DNA from: an uncultured Verrucomicrobiota bacterium | GTDB taxonomy: Bacteria > Verrucomicrobiota > Kiritimatiellia > CAIKKV01 > CAITUY01 | Direction: 5' to 3' | Assembly (NCBI GenBank): GCA_964458765.1 | Contig: CAYWKN010000002.1 | Location: 1-50,884, forward strand | DNA: 50,884 nucleotides | In this document: positions 1 through 9,465 of the stretch, piece by piece | Layout: the number at the start of each line of letters is the position of its first letter | Position numbering within the stretch: the stretch's first letter is position 1 | The notes under the pieces: model-generated | The model's input: the letters and a program-made list of their open reading frames with translations, nothing else | Databases searched by the model: none | Told to the model about the DNA's origin: nothing | Translations under genes and position numbers: made by a program

Positions 1-286
1 CCGCCCCGCCGCCGCGCCCCGTCCGGCCCCGCGGCCGGTTCCACCGGCGCCAACCCCAAGCCCGGAACCGCTGCCGGCTCCCGCCCTGGCCATGGCCGAA
101 CTTCCGGAATTCAAGTGGGATCAGCCGCTTCCCGGAATACCCATGCCGGCCATGACGATGGAAACGGCGTCCACGGGGGGCACAACGGTTCGTCCCCGCC
201 GCACGCGCCTCTTCCATTCCAGGGACAGCCTGCGGCAGGTCATCGTCGGCGCGGAAGTCCTTGGCAAACCGGTGGCCCTGCGCTGA
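1..286 (+). CDS. 3' end of an unidentified gene entering from the left edge (Pro/Ala-rich stretch, ends ...SLRQVIVGAEVLGKPVALR*)
   Basis: The frame of ORF 92..286 stays open back to nt 2 (RPAAAPRPAPRPVPPAPTPSPEPLPAPALAMAELPEF...). Third codon positions are GC-rich. No family recognised. Confidence 0.3.
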   Translation, partial: RPAAAPRPAPRPVPPAPTPSPEPLPAPALAMAELPEFKWDQPLPGIPMPAMTMETASTGGTTVRPRRTRLFHSRDSLRQVIVGAEVLGKPVALR

Positions 287-305
287 TCCGCCATCCCCGC
301 GCCCG

Positions 306-1268
306 TCACGGCAGCACCGGCGGCAGGCGCAGTTCCCGCACGCGGCTCAAATAGGTCAGGATCCCCCGGGCGATCCCTTCCGCCAGACGGTCCCGGTACT
401 TCGCATCCGCGATCTTCTCCGCCTCGCGCTTGTTGGAAAGGAATCCGCACTCCACCAGCACCGCCGGGCATTCCGCATTCCGGATGACAAAGAACCTCGC
501 GCGCCGGATGCCGCGGTCCTCCGCGCCGCTATGGGCCACCAACCCCTTGTGGACGAAACTGGCCAGCGCCATGTTCGCTCCGTCAAACCGGTTGCCGGGG
601 CATCCCGTGGCTCCGCGCCGGCTGTTGCGCCGCTCCTCTTCCGCCGTGGCGGGATAGCCCGCCGCCGGCACCACGTAGGTCTCGACCCCCGACGTGGCGG
701 GATTCCGCGACGCGTTGAAGTGCACGCTCACGAAGACATCCGCCCGCAGTTTTCCCATGCGCCAGCATCGCTCTTCCAGGGTCATGGCGGTGTCCCCGTC
801 GCGGGTCATCCATACCGTGACACCGCACTCCTGGAGCATCGCCCGGATCCGCTTTGCCATGTCCAGGGTCAGTTGTTTCTCCTGAATGCCGTTCCCCATC
901 CGGGCGCCGGGGTCGCCGCCCCCATGCCCCGCGTCGAGCACCACGGTCACCGCTCCGGCCTTCTTCAAGGCCCGCATGGGATAGAACACCACGCCCAGGG
1001 CATCCACCGCGTCCACCGGCGCGATCATCCATCCGCCGCGGGATTTCTCCACGGCCCGGTTCAGGTAGAGCGACATTCCATCCACCACCACCCGCCGGCT
1101 GCCGGACTCGAATACCACCGTCGAGGTCCGGCTGCGATACACGGCCGCTTTCCTGTATTCGCTCGGCGGGCCGAATCCGTGCGAGGCCATGACGTCGTTC
1201 AAGGCAAGCCCCTTCAAGGTCAAGGCGCTGGCGGGCAGGGCGGCCAGCCCCAGGAGGAGGGCCAGCAT
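306..1268 (-). CDS. N-acetylmuramoyl-L-alanine amidase (Amidase_3 type), secreted
   Basis: Has VVLDAGHGGGDPGA ... FVSVHFNAS ... GVETYV ... AVLVECGFLSN, typical of AmiA/B/C-type zinc amidases. I chose the ATG at 1268 (MLALLLGLAALPASA signal peptide) rather than the 1502 ORF start. Confidence 0.85.
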   Translation of the reverse strand: MLALLLGLAALPASALTLKGLALNDVMASHGFGPPSEYRKAAVYRSRTSTVVFESGSRRVVVDGMSLYLNRAVEKSRGGWMIAPVDAVDALGVVFYPMRALKKAGAVTVVLDAGHGGGDPGARMGNGIQEKQLTLDMAKRIRAMLQECGVTVWMTRDGDTAMTLEERCWRMGKLRADVFVSVHFNASRNPATSGVETYVVPAAGYPATAEEERRNSRRGATGCPGNRFDGANMALASFVHKGLVAHSGAEDRGIRRARFFVIRNAECPAVLVECGFLSNKREAEKIADAKYRDRLAEGIARGILTYLSRVRELRLPPVLP

Positions 1269-1419
1269 GATCTTCCGAAACGTTGCGTCTGGACTGTGAG
1301 GCGCCACAAGCTGTTCCCCGGGGTTTTTTCTGGATGACGAACCCGCACTTTGATATACGCACTCCATTGATGTCAAGCGGTGAAGCCGTTGGATGCTTTG
1401 CCGCGTGAGAGGGATGCGT

Positions 1420-2823
1420 ATGGCCGAAGTGACTCTGGAACAGGCGCCACAACAGGTCCGGGACATGTTCAACCGCGGATTCTCCGCGATGGAACGGGGC
1501 AATCTGGATTATGCCGTAGACATGTTCAGCGCCTGTATCCGCGCGGAACCCATGTTCCACAGGGCCCGGCGTTTCCTGCGTGCCGCCGAGATCAAGCTGT
1601 TCAAGAGCCGGCCCGGCGGCCAGGTGGCCGCCGCCATGACCATGCTGTCCGGCCTCCCCGGCGCCATGATGGCCCAGGCCATGCTGGGCGCCGGCAAACC
1701 CATGCAGGCGCTCGAAGCCATCGAGAAGCTTCTCCGGAAGGACCCGCTGAACCTCTCGCACATCAAACTGCTCGTCACTGCCGCCCGGGCCGCCGGGGAA
1801 CCGGAGATCGCCATCCAGACCCTGTCGCTCGCCCGGGAACACTTCGGCGCGGATACCGAACTCCTCGAAGCCCTGGGGACACTCTATATGCAGACCGACC
1901 AGCCACGGCTCGGACGCGAATGCTTCGAGAAGCTGGCGGAACTCAAACCCAATGACCCCGCCGCCCTCAAACTCCTCAAGGATGCCATGGCCATCGACAG
2001 CATGACCAAGGACGGCTGGGCGGAAGCCGCCGCCGCCGGAACCACATTCCGACGGATGATCCGCGACGAGAAGGAAGCCGAACGGCTCGAACGCGAAGGC
2101 AAGGCCGTCAAAGGCAAGGACGATATCGAGGCCCTGATCGCCGATAACAAGGCCCGCATCCAGCGCGAGCCCGCCAACATCAACTACCGCCGCGCCCTGG
2201 CCGCGCTGTATGTCAACAACAAGATGTTCGCCGAGTCCATCTCCGCCCTGCAGGACGCCCAGGTGGTGGCCGGGGGCCGCGACCCTTCCATTGATCATGC
2301 CATCAGCACCACCCGCCTGCTGGCTTTCGACGAGGAAATCGCCAAGCTGCGCGAAAGCGGACTGACGGCCGCCATCGAGGCCAAGGAGAAGGAACGCGAA
2401 GCGTTCATCTTCAACGACTTCCGGGATCGCGTCGCGCGCTATCCGAACGATCTGGGCATCCGGCACGACTTCGGCGTGCTGTTGTTCAAGCAGGACCGGA
2501 TCAACGAGGCCATCCAACAGTTCCAGGCCGCCCAGCGTAATCCCCAGCGGCGCGTCAGCGCCATGCACTATCTCGGCCTGTGCTTCCTGGCCAAGCAGCA
2601 AAACGACATGGCCCTCGAACAACTCCAGAAAGCCGCCGCCGAACTGCCCGTGATCGACGAGCAGAAGAAGGAAGTCCTCTACGATCTGGGCCGGACACTG
2701 GAAAAACTCGGCCGCCCGTCGGAAGCCATGGACTGCTTCAAGCAGATCTACCAGGCGGACATCGGCTATAAGGATGTCGCCGACAAGGTCGAGCACGGCT
2801 ACAAGACGCCGGCCGGCGTCTGA
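1420..2823 (+). CDS. Tetratricopeptide-repeat protein
   Basis: Helical A/L/Y-rich 34-aa periodic repeats throughout (e.g. ...AMHYLGLCFLAKQQNDMALEQLQKAAA...). ATG 1420 is preceded by AGAGGG. Alternative starts at 1393 and 1414. Confidence 0.75.
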   Translation: MAEVTLEQAPQQVRDMFNRGFSAMERGNLDYAVDMFSACIRAEPMFHRARRFLRAAEIKLFKSRPGGQVAAAMTMLSGLPGAMMAQAMLGAGKPMQALEAIEKLLRKDPLNLSHIKLLVTAARAAGEPEIAIQTLSLAREHFGADTELLEALGTLYMQTDQPRLGRECFEKLAELKPNDPAALKLLKDAMAIDSMTKDGWAEAAAAGTTFRRMIRDEKEAERLEREGKAVKGKDDIEALIADNKARIQREPANINYRRALAALYVNNKMFAESISALQDAQVVAGGRDPSIDHAISTTRLLAFDEEIAKLRESGLTAAIEAKEKEREAFIFNDFRDRVARYPNDLGIRHDFGVLLFKQDRINEAIQQFQAAQRNPQRRVSAMHYLGLCFLAKQQNDMALEQLQKAAAELPVIDEQKKEVLYDLGRTLEKLGRPSEAMDCFKQIYQADIGYKDVADKVEHGYKTPAGV

Positions 2824-2912
2824 CGCGGTCGCCCCTTGTCTGTTCGAACCGTGGATGGTTTCAGGTTCTCACCCGAACCGGTCGCCAATCCCCATCGAAT
2901 ACTTTTCCAGGA

Positions 2913-3596
2913 TCATGAGCGCTCCTTGCCCGGCTTCGATTTCCGCAATATCTCTTCCACCACCTGGTCAATGCCAAGGCCTGTCGTGTCAATCACCTGC
3001 GCGTCGGCGGCCACGGCAAGGGGGGCGGTCTTGCGGCCCCGGTCGCGCCGGTCGCGGTCGGCCAGGGAATCCAGCACCCGCGAGACATCTGCGGCGGCGC
3101 CCGGCGGCGCCAGTTCCGCCGACCGGCGCCGGGCCCGCTCCTCGGGGCTCGCATCCAGGTAGAACTTGGCGCGCGCATCGGGGAACACGACCGTCCCAAT
3201 ATCCCGCCCCTCCATGACCAGCGGCCCGAACTTCGTCATCCCCCGAAGCCAGTCCGTGACCGCCGCCCGCACCTCGGGCACCGCCGCCACGGCGCTGACA
3301 TGCGCGCTGACTTGTTCCGTCCGGATCTCCGCCGCCGGTTCGCAGCCATCCACGCGGTAGCGCACCGCGCGGTTGACCACCACGCATTCCACCTTCATCG
3401 CTCCCAGCGCGGCCACGATGCCGGCGGCATTGCCCGTGTCGCGCCCGGAGGCCATCGCCTTCCACGCGATGCTGCGGTACAACGCCCCGGAATCCACATA
3501 CACGCGGCCCAGCCGTTCGGCCACCTTGCGGGCCACGGTGGATTTCCCCGAGGCCGAGGGACCGTCAATGGCGATGACATCAAGCGACATGGCCAC
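2913..3596 (-). CDS. cmk: Cytidylate kinase
   Basis: IAIDGPSASGKSTVARKVAERLGRVYVDSGALYRS P-loop and Cmk signature. Overlaps the aroA stop, the usual aroA-cmk arrangement. Confidence 0.93.
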   Translation of the reverse strand: MAMSLDVIAIDGPSASGKSTVARKVAERLGRVYVDSGALYRSIAWKAMASGRDTGNAAGIVAALGAMKVECVVVNRAVRYRVDGCEPAAEIRTEQVSAHVSAVAAVPEVRAAVTDWLRGMTKFGPLVMEGRDIGTVVFPDARAKFYLDASPEERARRRSAELAPPGAAADVSRVLDSLADRDRRDRGRKTAPLAVAADAQVIDTTGLGIDQVVEEILRKSKPGKERS

Positions 3597-4905
3597 CCAC
3601 CTTCTTCAGGTCCTCCCAGAAGGAGGGATAGGACTTGTTCACACAGGCGACATCCCTCATTTCCACCGCGCCCGTGCCGTGCAAGGCCAGAATGGAAAAT
3701 GCCATCGGGATGCGGTGATCCCCGTAACTGTCGATGGCGACCCCGCTCTTCCGCCGCGCGCCGCCCCCGACCCGCATGCCGTCCGGGCGCTCCTCGACGG
3801 GGACCCCCATCCGCGTCAGGTTGTCCACCACGCTGCGGATGCGGTCCGACTCCTTCACGCGCAGTTCCGCGGCGTCGCGGATCACCGTCGGCCCTTCGGC
3901 CAGCGCCCCGGCCACGGCCACCAGCGGCAGCTCGTCGATCAGGTCGGGAATTTCCGCCCCGCCCACCTCCGTGCCGCGCAGAGTCCGGCCTTCCACGCGG
4001 ATCGTACCCATGGTTTCACACGCGGAAGCATCCGCGCCTGGAATGAACTCGATGTGCGCACCCATCCTCTGCAACACCTTGACCAGCGCATTGCGCCGCG
4101 GATTCCAGCCGACATTCCGCAGCTCGATGGAACCGCCCGGCGCAACCGCCGCCGCCACGATCCAGAAGGCCGCGGAGGAGATATCGCCGGGCACCCGCCA
4201 GGCACGCGCCCGCAAACGGGGTCCCGCCGCCCCATACCCGCGCAGGCTTACCCGCAGGCCGTCCGTGGCCACGGGCACACCCATCGCATTCAGGAGCCGT
4301 TCCGTGTGGTCACGGGTCGGCGCCACCTCGGTGACGCTCGTGACCCCCTCGGCATACAGCCCGGCCAGCAGGACGCAGGACTTCACCTGGGCCGAAGCCA
4401 CGGCGGGGCGGTAATCAATGGCCTTCAGGGTCCCGCCGGTGATGCGCACGGGGGCGCAACCCTTGGGACCCAGCAATTCCACCTTCGCGCCCATCTGCAG
4501 GAGCGGCTCCTGGATCCGCTTCATCGGCCGCGAACTCAGCGAAGCATCCCCGACCATCTCGGAGGTGAACGGCTGACCGGCGAGCAAGCCGGCCAGCAGC
4601 CGCAGTCCTGTGCCGGAGTTGCCCATATCGAGCGCGTCGGCAGGAGCACGGAAATGCCCGCCCGTGCCGGTAATCCTGAGGGATTCCCCTTCCAAGGCAT
4701 GGGAGGCCCCGAGCCGGGAAAGGACCTTGAGAATGTTCAGGCAGTCCGCGCTGCGGAGAAACCCCTCCACCCGCGATTCCCCCTCCGCCAACGCCGCCAG
4801 CAGGGCGATCCGTTGCGAGATGCTCTTGTCGCCCGGAACGCACAGCGATCCTCCGATCCTTCCGCCCGGCGAAACCACGACCGATTGTGAATTCGATCCG
4901 CTCAT
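3580..4905 (-). CDS. aroA: 3-phosphoshikimate 1-carboxyvinyltransferase (EPSP synthase)
   Basis: PGDKSISQRIALLAALAEGES, LDMGNSGTGLRLLAG, DHRIPMAF motifs. Start moved to ATG 4905 (MSGSNSQ...) inside ORF 3580..5106. Confidence 0.93.
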   Translation of the reverse strand: MSGSNSQSVVVSPGGRIGGSLCVPGDKSISQRIALLAALAEGESRVEGFLRSADCLNILKVLSRLGASHALEGESLRITGTGGHFRAPADALDMGNSGTGLRLLAGLLAGQPFTSEMVGDASLSSRPMKRIQEPLLQMGAKVELLGPKGCAPVRITGGTLKAIDYRPAVASAQVKSCVLLAGLYAEGVTSVTEVAPTRDHTERLLNAMGVPVATDGLRVSLRGYGAAGPRLRARAWRVPGDISSAAFWIVAAAVAPGGSIELRNVGWNPRRNALVKVLQRMGAHIEFIPGADASACETMGTIRVEGRTLRGTEVGGAEIPDLIDELPLVAVAGALAEGPTVIRDAAELRVKESDRIRSVVDNLTRMGVPVEERPDGMRVGGGARRKSGVAIDSYGDHRIPMAFSILALHGTGAVEMRDVACVNKSYPSFWEDLKKVGGHVA

Positions 4906-5034
4906 AAGCAAGGGCGCCACTCTACCCGTACCCACCTCCAAGATCAAGCATGCCGCAGGCAGTTGACCTATATAAGACTGTGCTGCGTCGCGGATGATTT
5001 GACAGCAATACAGGTATATGGTTAACTTGTTTAC

Positions 5035-5328
5035 ATGAAAGCCACCATTGACATTCCGGATGATCTGTACAGGCTGGTTAAGGCGAAGAGCGCCTTGAGC
5101 GGGCAACCCGTCCGCGAGGTTGTCATCGGGTTATTCCAGGACTGGATCGCGGAGGAAGAGATGCTGCCGGAACCGGCACCCTCCCATGCCGGAGAGCCGC
5201 CTCCCGCCTGGTTTGGCGTCGCGCGAAAGTACGCGGAGAAAGTCCGCCACCATGATATGGCCTCCATCCGCCAGAGTGTCGCGCACGGCCGGGCTCAAAA
5301 AGTCCCATCCAGGAAAGAAACACCATGA
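5035..5328 (+). CDS. Type II antitoxin (VapB-like)
   Basis: Small ORF (MKATIDIPDDLYRLVKAKSALSGQPVREVV...) whose stop overlaps the downstream PIN-toxin start in an ATGA junction at 5325-5328. Confidence 0.7.
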   Translation: MKATIDIPDDLYRLVKAKSALSGQPVREVVIGLFQDWIAEEEMLPEPAPSHAGEPPPAWFGVARKYAEKVRHHDMASIRQSVAHGRAQKVPSRKETP

Positions 5329-5729
5329 ATGTTGGTCTGGATACTTCCGTGGTTCTCCGTCTTCTCACCGGCGCACCCGAAAACCAAGCCGTTCTGGCGT
5401 TGACCGAGGTCCAGGCCGCCATGCAGAAGGGCGATTCGGTTCTGGTATCGGACATGGTGGTGTCGGAGGCGTACTTTGCGCTCCAATACCACTACGGCGT
5501 ACCCAAGGAGGAAAGCCTGGCTGTCCTTGCCAGGTTCCTGACCGAAAGCGGTGTCCGGCCGCTGGGGGTAGCCGCTTCGGTGCTGACCACACCCAACCTT
5601 GCCAGAAGCAACCCGGGATTCGTGGATCGAATGATCCATGCGGAATACAGCCAATCCACCGGGGAACTGCTGACGTTCGAGAAATCCGCGGGCCGGTTGC
5701 CAGGCGTTCGTGTCTTGTCGGCTTCATAG
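5325..5729 (+). CDS. vapC: PIN-domain ribonuclease toxin
   Basis: 134 aa with N-terminal GLDTSVV (first acidic residue), VSEAY and FVDRMIHA acidic positions typical of PIN. Coupled to the upstream antitoxin. Confidence 0.8.
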   Translation: MNVGLDTSVVLRLLTGAPENQAVLALTEVQAAMQKGDSVLVSDMVVSEAYFALQYHYGVPKEESLAVLARFLTESGVRPLGVAASVLTTPNLARSNPGFVDRMIHAEYSQSTGELLTFEKSAGRLPGVRVLSAS

Positions 5730-5750
5730 AAGATCGCTAGAGTCTGCCGC

Positions 5751-6920
5751 ATGAAACGCGTGTTGTTCCTCTGCTCCCAACCCTTCTTCCAGTGGCGCGG
5801 ATCGCCCATCCGGGTCGGGTTCGACGTCACCGCCCTGGCGGAATCCGGCTGGGAAGTGGACTTGCTCACGCTCCCGATCGGCGAACCCCGTTCCATCCCA
5901 GGCGTCAACGTCATCCGCGTCCCGAACCTGTTCCGCGCCCGGAAGATCTCCATCGGCCCCTCCCTCCTGAAGGCCGCGTTCGACGTTTTGATCCTGTTCA
6001 AGGCCATCCGCCTCATCCGGACCCGCCGCTATGCGGTCATCCACACGGTGGAGGACACCGGGCCCATCGGCGTTCTCGTCGCCCGCCTGGCCCGCGCCCG
6101 GCTGGTCTTCGAGAAACACTCCGATCCCTCCTCCTATCACGGACAATCCCTGCGGAATCTCGTGATGTGGGCCTACGCCAAGGTCGAACGCTTTGCCGCC
6201 CGCCATGCGGATGCCGTGATCGGGACGGGGCCCGGTCTTGTCGCCCAGGTCCGCGCCCGGGAGTCCGGCAAGACCGTCCACCACATCCCCGATATCCCCT
6301 CCTCGCGGGTCGAATCGGACCCCGCGCGCGCGGCATCGGTCCGCCGCCGGCTACAGGCCGACCCTGACGGCATCCTTGCCCTGTATGTGGGATCCTTCGC
6401 CGCCTATCAGGGGATCGAACTGCTGTTTGATGCCATTCCGAAAGTGGCGGCCGCCAACCCAAGGGTCCGGTTCGTCATCATCGGCGGGTCCGATTCCGAA
6501 ATCCGGGACCGCACGGCCCAGTTGCAGCGGAACGGCGCGGACTCCGCGGTGATCTGGGCCGGCCATATCGCACCCGACATCCTGCCCGATTATCTCTCCG
6601 CGGCCGATATCCTCCTCTCCCCCCGTCTGGCTGGCGTGAATACCCCCCTCAAACTTCTCGATTACCTCAAGGCCGGCCGCGCCATCGTGGCCACCGACAC
6701 ACAGGCCAACCGCTTGATCCTCAACGGGGCCAACGCCTGCCTGACCGCCCCGTCGGCCGAATCCTTTGCCGACGGCATCCTCCAACTGTCCGCCGATCCC
6801 GGACGCAGGCAACAACTCGCCTCCCAGGGCGCCGAATTGATCCGCACGGTGTACAACTTCGACGAATTCAAACGTCGCCTTGCCGCCTGCTATGCAGTAT
6901 TCTCATCCATTAACCATTAA
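5751..6920 (+). CDS. Glycosyltransferase family 4 (GT-B)
   Basis: C-terminal half has the GT4/GT1 pattern (LYVGSFAAYQGIELL...VIIGGS...ADILLSPR...NTPLKLLDYLKAGRAIVAT). Its last codons and stop lie inside the heptamer tract. Confidence 0.85.
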   Translation: MKRVLFLCSQPFFQWRGSPIRVGFDVTALAESGWEVDLLTLPIGEPRSIPGVNVIRVPNLFRARKISIGPSLLKAAFDVLILFKAIRLIRTRRYAVIHTVEDTGPIGVLVARLARARLVFEKHSDPSSYHGQSLRNLVMWAYAKVERFAARHADAVIGTGPGLVAQVRARESGKTVHHIPDIPSSRVESDPARAASVRRRLQADPDGILALYVGSFAAYQGIELLFDAIPKVAAANPRVRFVIIGGSDSEIRDRTAQLQRNGADSAVIWAGHIAPDILPDYLSAADILLSPRLAGVNTPLKLLDYLKAGRAIVATDTQANRLILNGANACLTAPSAESFADGILQLSADPGRRQQLASQGAELIRTVYNFDEFKRRLAACYAVFSSINH

Positions 6921-6997
6921 CCATTCCCCATTAACCATCAACCATTGCCCATCAACCATCAACCATTCCCCATTGACCATCAACCATTGCCCATGAT
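6907..6997. repeat. Imperfect heptanucleotide tandem repeat CCATYRM x13 with 21-bp superperiod
   Basis: Read directly: ccattaa ccattaa ccattcc ccattaa ccatcaa ccattgc ccatcaa ccatcaa ccattcc ccattga ccatcaa ccattgc ccatgat. It contains the stop of the upstream GT gene (taa 6918-6920). The last unit contains the ATG of the downstream reductase (6993). Confidence 0.9.
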
Positions 6998-8138
6998 CTA
7001 CAAACCCTTCGGTTCCACCGGCCTGAACATCTCCAGCCTCGGTTTCGGCGGCATGCGCTTCGAGGACCAGAACAACGTCGAGGCCTGTGCCGATCTCGTC
7101 AAGGCCTGCTATGACGCCGGCATCAACTACTTCGACACCGCCATCGGCTACGGCAAGTCGGAGGAAGTGATGGGCGTGGCCTTCAAGGAAATGGCCGCCA
7201 CAAAGGCCAAACGCCCCTTCTATGTCGCCTCCAAGACTTTCGGCTCCACGGAGGACGAGGTCCGCCGCGACTGCGAAACCTCGCTGAAGCGCCTGCAGGT
7301 GGACGCCATTGACTTCTATCACATGTGGTGCCTCCTGGAACCGGGCCGCTTCGAGGAACGCCGCGCCCAGGGCGCATTGCGCGGTTTCGAGAAGCTCAAG
7401 GCGGAGGGACTGATCCGGCATATCTGCGTTTCCTCGCACATGCATGGCGACCAGATCTCGGAAGTCCTCAAGGCCTACCCTTTCGAAAGCGTGCTGCTGG
7501 GCTATTCCGCCATGAACTTCGCGTTCCGCGACGCCGCTCTCGACAGCGCCCACCAGCTCAACCGCGCCGTCGTGGTCATGAACCCGCTCGGCGGCGGGCT
7601 CATCCCCCAGCACCCGGCGCGTTTCGATTTTGTCCGCTCCCGCGCCGGCGAAACGGTCGTCGAGGGCGCCCTGCGGTTCCTGTTCAACGACCCGCGCATC
7701 AACGTCGCGCTTGTGGGCCTGTCCAACCGCAAGCAGTTGGCCGAAGCCCTCGCCGCCGTCAACGGGTTCCGCCCGCTGGCCGCCGACCAGGTGGCCCGTA
7801 TCCGGAGTTCCATCCGGGAAGCCTTCAACCGGATGTGTACCGGCTGCGCCTATTGCGACGAATGTCCGCAAGCCATCCCGGTGCCCAAGCTCATGGACGC
7901 CTACAACCAATACATGCTGTCCGGCAAACCCGTCAGCATCACCGACCGGCTGAATTGGCACTGGGGCATCCTCCGCGAGGGGCATCATCTCGACCAGTGC
8001 ACCGAGTGCGGCGCCTGTGAGCGGGCCTGCACGCAGAAGCTGCCGATCATCCAGCGGCTGAACGAGATTCGCGCCGAGGTGCAGAACCGGGCCCGGCAGG
8101 ATGAAGCCAGGAAGAAGACGAAGGAAGACGAGGAGTAG
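6993..8138 (+). CDS. Aldo/keto reductase with C-terminal 2x[4Fe-4S]-type Cys clusters
   Basis: N-terminal AKR pattern (LGFGGMRF...INYFDTAIGYGKSEE...). C-terminal CTGCAYCDECP and CTECGACERAC motifs. TTG 6945 is an alternative in-frame start inside the repeat. Confidence 0.85.
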   Translation: MIYKPFGSTGLNISSLGFGGMRFEDQNNVEACADLVKACYDAGINYFDTAIGYGKSEEVMGVAFKEMAATKAKRPFYVASKTFGSTEDEVRRDCETSLKRLQVDAIDFYHMWCLLEPGRFEERRAQGALRGFEKLKAEGLIRHICVSSHMHGDQISEVLKAYPFESVLLGYSAMNFAFRDAALDSAHQLNRAVVVMNPLGGGLIPQHPARFDFVRSRAGETVVEGALRFLFNDPRINVALVGLSNRKQLAEALAAVNGFRPLAADQVARIRSSIREAFNRMCTGCAYCDECPQAIPVPKLMDAYNQYMLSGKPVSITDRLNWHWGILREGHHLDQCTECGACERACTQKLPIIQRLNEIRAEVQNRARQDEARKKTKEDEE

Positions 8139-8150
8139 GAATCCGGCGCC

Positions 8151-8450
8151 ATGTGGAAGGAACTCGCCAAGAACGGGAATCTCAGCGACCTGAGCCAGGC
8201 CATCACCCTGGGCCTGACGTTTGCCGTCGGGGTGGCCGTATTCTCCTTTGGCGGTTTCCTCCTCGACCAGCGCCGGGGCGGGGGGATTCTGTTCACCCTG
8301 ATCGGCATTTTCCTCGGGCTCGCGCTCGGCGCCTACGAGACATGGAAGGTAATCCTCCTGCTGAACCGGCAAGCCGGGAACCATGCCCGCCACCAACCCC
8401 CGCAAGAGGGCGGCGACCGGGACAAGGATACAGGCGCCACAGGCTCCTAA
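8151..8450 (+). CDS. AtpZ/AtpI-like small membrane protein (putative F0F1-ATPase accessory subunit)
   Basis: Two-helix protein: LSQAITLGLTFAVGVAVFSFGGFLLDQRRGGGILFTLIGIFLGLALGAY. Position directly upstream of the atp operon. Confidence 0.65.
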   Translation: MWKELAKNGNLSDLSQAITLGLTFAVGVAVFSFGGFLLDQRRGGGILFTLIGIFLGLALGAYETWKVILLLNRQAGNHARHQPPQEGGDRDKDTGATGS

Positions 8451-8468
8451 TCGGTGGCGCCTAATCGC

Positions 8469-8497
8469 TTGCACGGCAGCGTCACCTGCGGTATATT
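8469..8497 (+). promoter_or_regulatory. Sigma70-like promoter candidate for atpBEFHAGDC
   Basis: TTGCAC (8469-8474), 17-nt spacer, TATATT (8492-8497), about 150 nt upstream of the atpB ATG. Pattern match only. Confidence 0.35.
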
Positions 8498-8645
8498 TTT
8501 CCGGTTTTGTTTTGCGCGGGTTTGATCGGCGATCCTCTGCTGCGTCTCCGCCCGGCCCCTCACGCTCCCCCTGGAGCGCGACCTGCCGGCCTCCGTTGTA
8601 GACCTCCAGGCCGGGACCGGCCCAGCCCCTCCCGCCGGAACACCC

Positions 8646-9443
8646 ATGACCAACGCAATGGAAACAGTGAATGCGGCAGCCGACAGGAGCGCGGCGGTGA
8701 CGGCGTTTATCATGCACCACGTCTCCGATGCCCGCACCTGGAACTGGCTTCCCGCCGGCCACCAGCGACTTCCCGAGTTCCTTACCCTTCACGGGATCAT
8801 GGTCATCCTGTCCGGCCTGCTGCTCGTTTGGTTCCTGGCCATCGCCTGCCGCCGTCCGACCCCCGTGCCGACCGGCTGGATGAATCTTGTCGAGTTTTTT
8901 GTCAAATTCATCCGCGACGAAATGGCCGTCCCCTTCCTCGGCGAAACCGATGGACGCAGGCTGACCCCCTTGCTCTGCAGCCTCTTCTTCTACATCCTGG
9001 TCATGAACCTGGCGGGCCTGGTGCCCTGCTTCTACACGGCGACAGCCAACATCAACGTCACCGGCGGCCTGGCCGGCGTGACGCTGTTCTTCATGATCGC
9101 GGGCGCCGTGTACCGGACGGGTCCCGTGGCCTTTGTCCGCGGTTTCATCCCGCCTGGCGTCCCATGGCCGTTGCTCCTGATCATCGTCCCCATCGAGATG
9201 GTCGGGCTCTTGATCAAAGCCATGGCCTTGGCGATCCGTCTCTTCGCTAACGAACTGGCGGGGCATATCGTGGTATTCTGCCTCCTGGGCCTGCTTGTCA
9301 TCTTCGGTTGGAAGGCCCTTCCGGTCTTCCCCATGGCTGTGGCTATCTTTATCATGGAGGTGTTTGTGGCTTTCCTGCAGGCCTACATTTTCACATTGTT
9401 GTCGGCAGTGTTCATTGGCCAGCGATACCATCCATCACACTAA
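8646..9443 (+). CDS. atpB: ATP synthase F0 subunit a
   Basis: LAIRLFANELAGH motif with the essential Arg. Multi-pass hydrophobic protein in operon context. Confidence 0.93.
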   Translation: MTNAMETVNAAADRSAAVTAFIMHHVSDARTWNWLPAGHQRLPEFLTLHGIMVILSGLLLVWFLAIACRRPTPVPTGWMNLVEFFVKFIRDEMAVPFLGETDGRRLTPLLCSLFFYILVMNLAGLVPCFYTATANINVTGGLAGVTLFFMIAGAVYRTGPVAFVRGFIPPGVPWPLLLIIVPIEMVGLLIKAMALAIRLFANELAGHIVVFCLLGLLVIFGWKALPVFPMAVAIFIMEVFVAFLQAYIFTLLSAVFIGQRYHPSH

Positions 9444-9465
9444 CCACAAGACGAAGGGAGAAACC

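Noticed and set aside
4999-5027. TTGACA upstream of the vapB-like gene as a promoter
   Set aside because: The only hexamer at 17-nt spacing is TTAACT (3/6 to TATAAT). Better -10-like hexamers sit at 10-12-nt spacing. Too weak to call.
6907-6997. Heptamer tract, or the hairpin repeats at 21135/26332/26686, as a CRISPR array
   Set aside because: The units are 7 bp with no spacers. The 60-nt hairpin elements are scattered inside ORFs rather than regularly interspaced. No cas genes are present in the window.
8433-8461. Hairpin GGCGCCAC-N13-GTGGCGCC at the end of the first atpZ-like gene as a rho-independent terminator
   Set aside because: The 8-bp stem is real, but the loop is 13 nt and no T-tract follows. 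The left arm and part of the loop lie inside the coding sequence.
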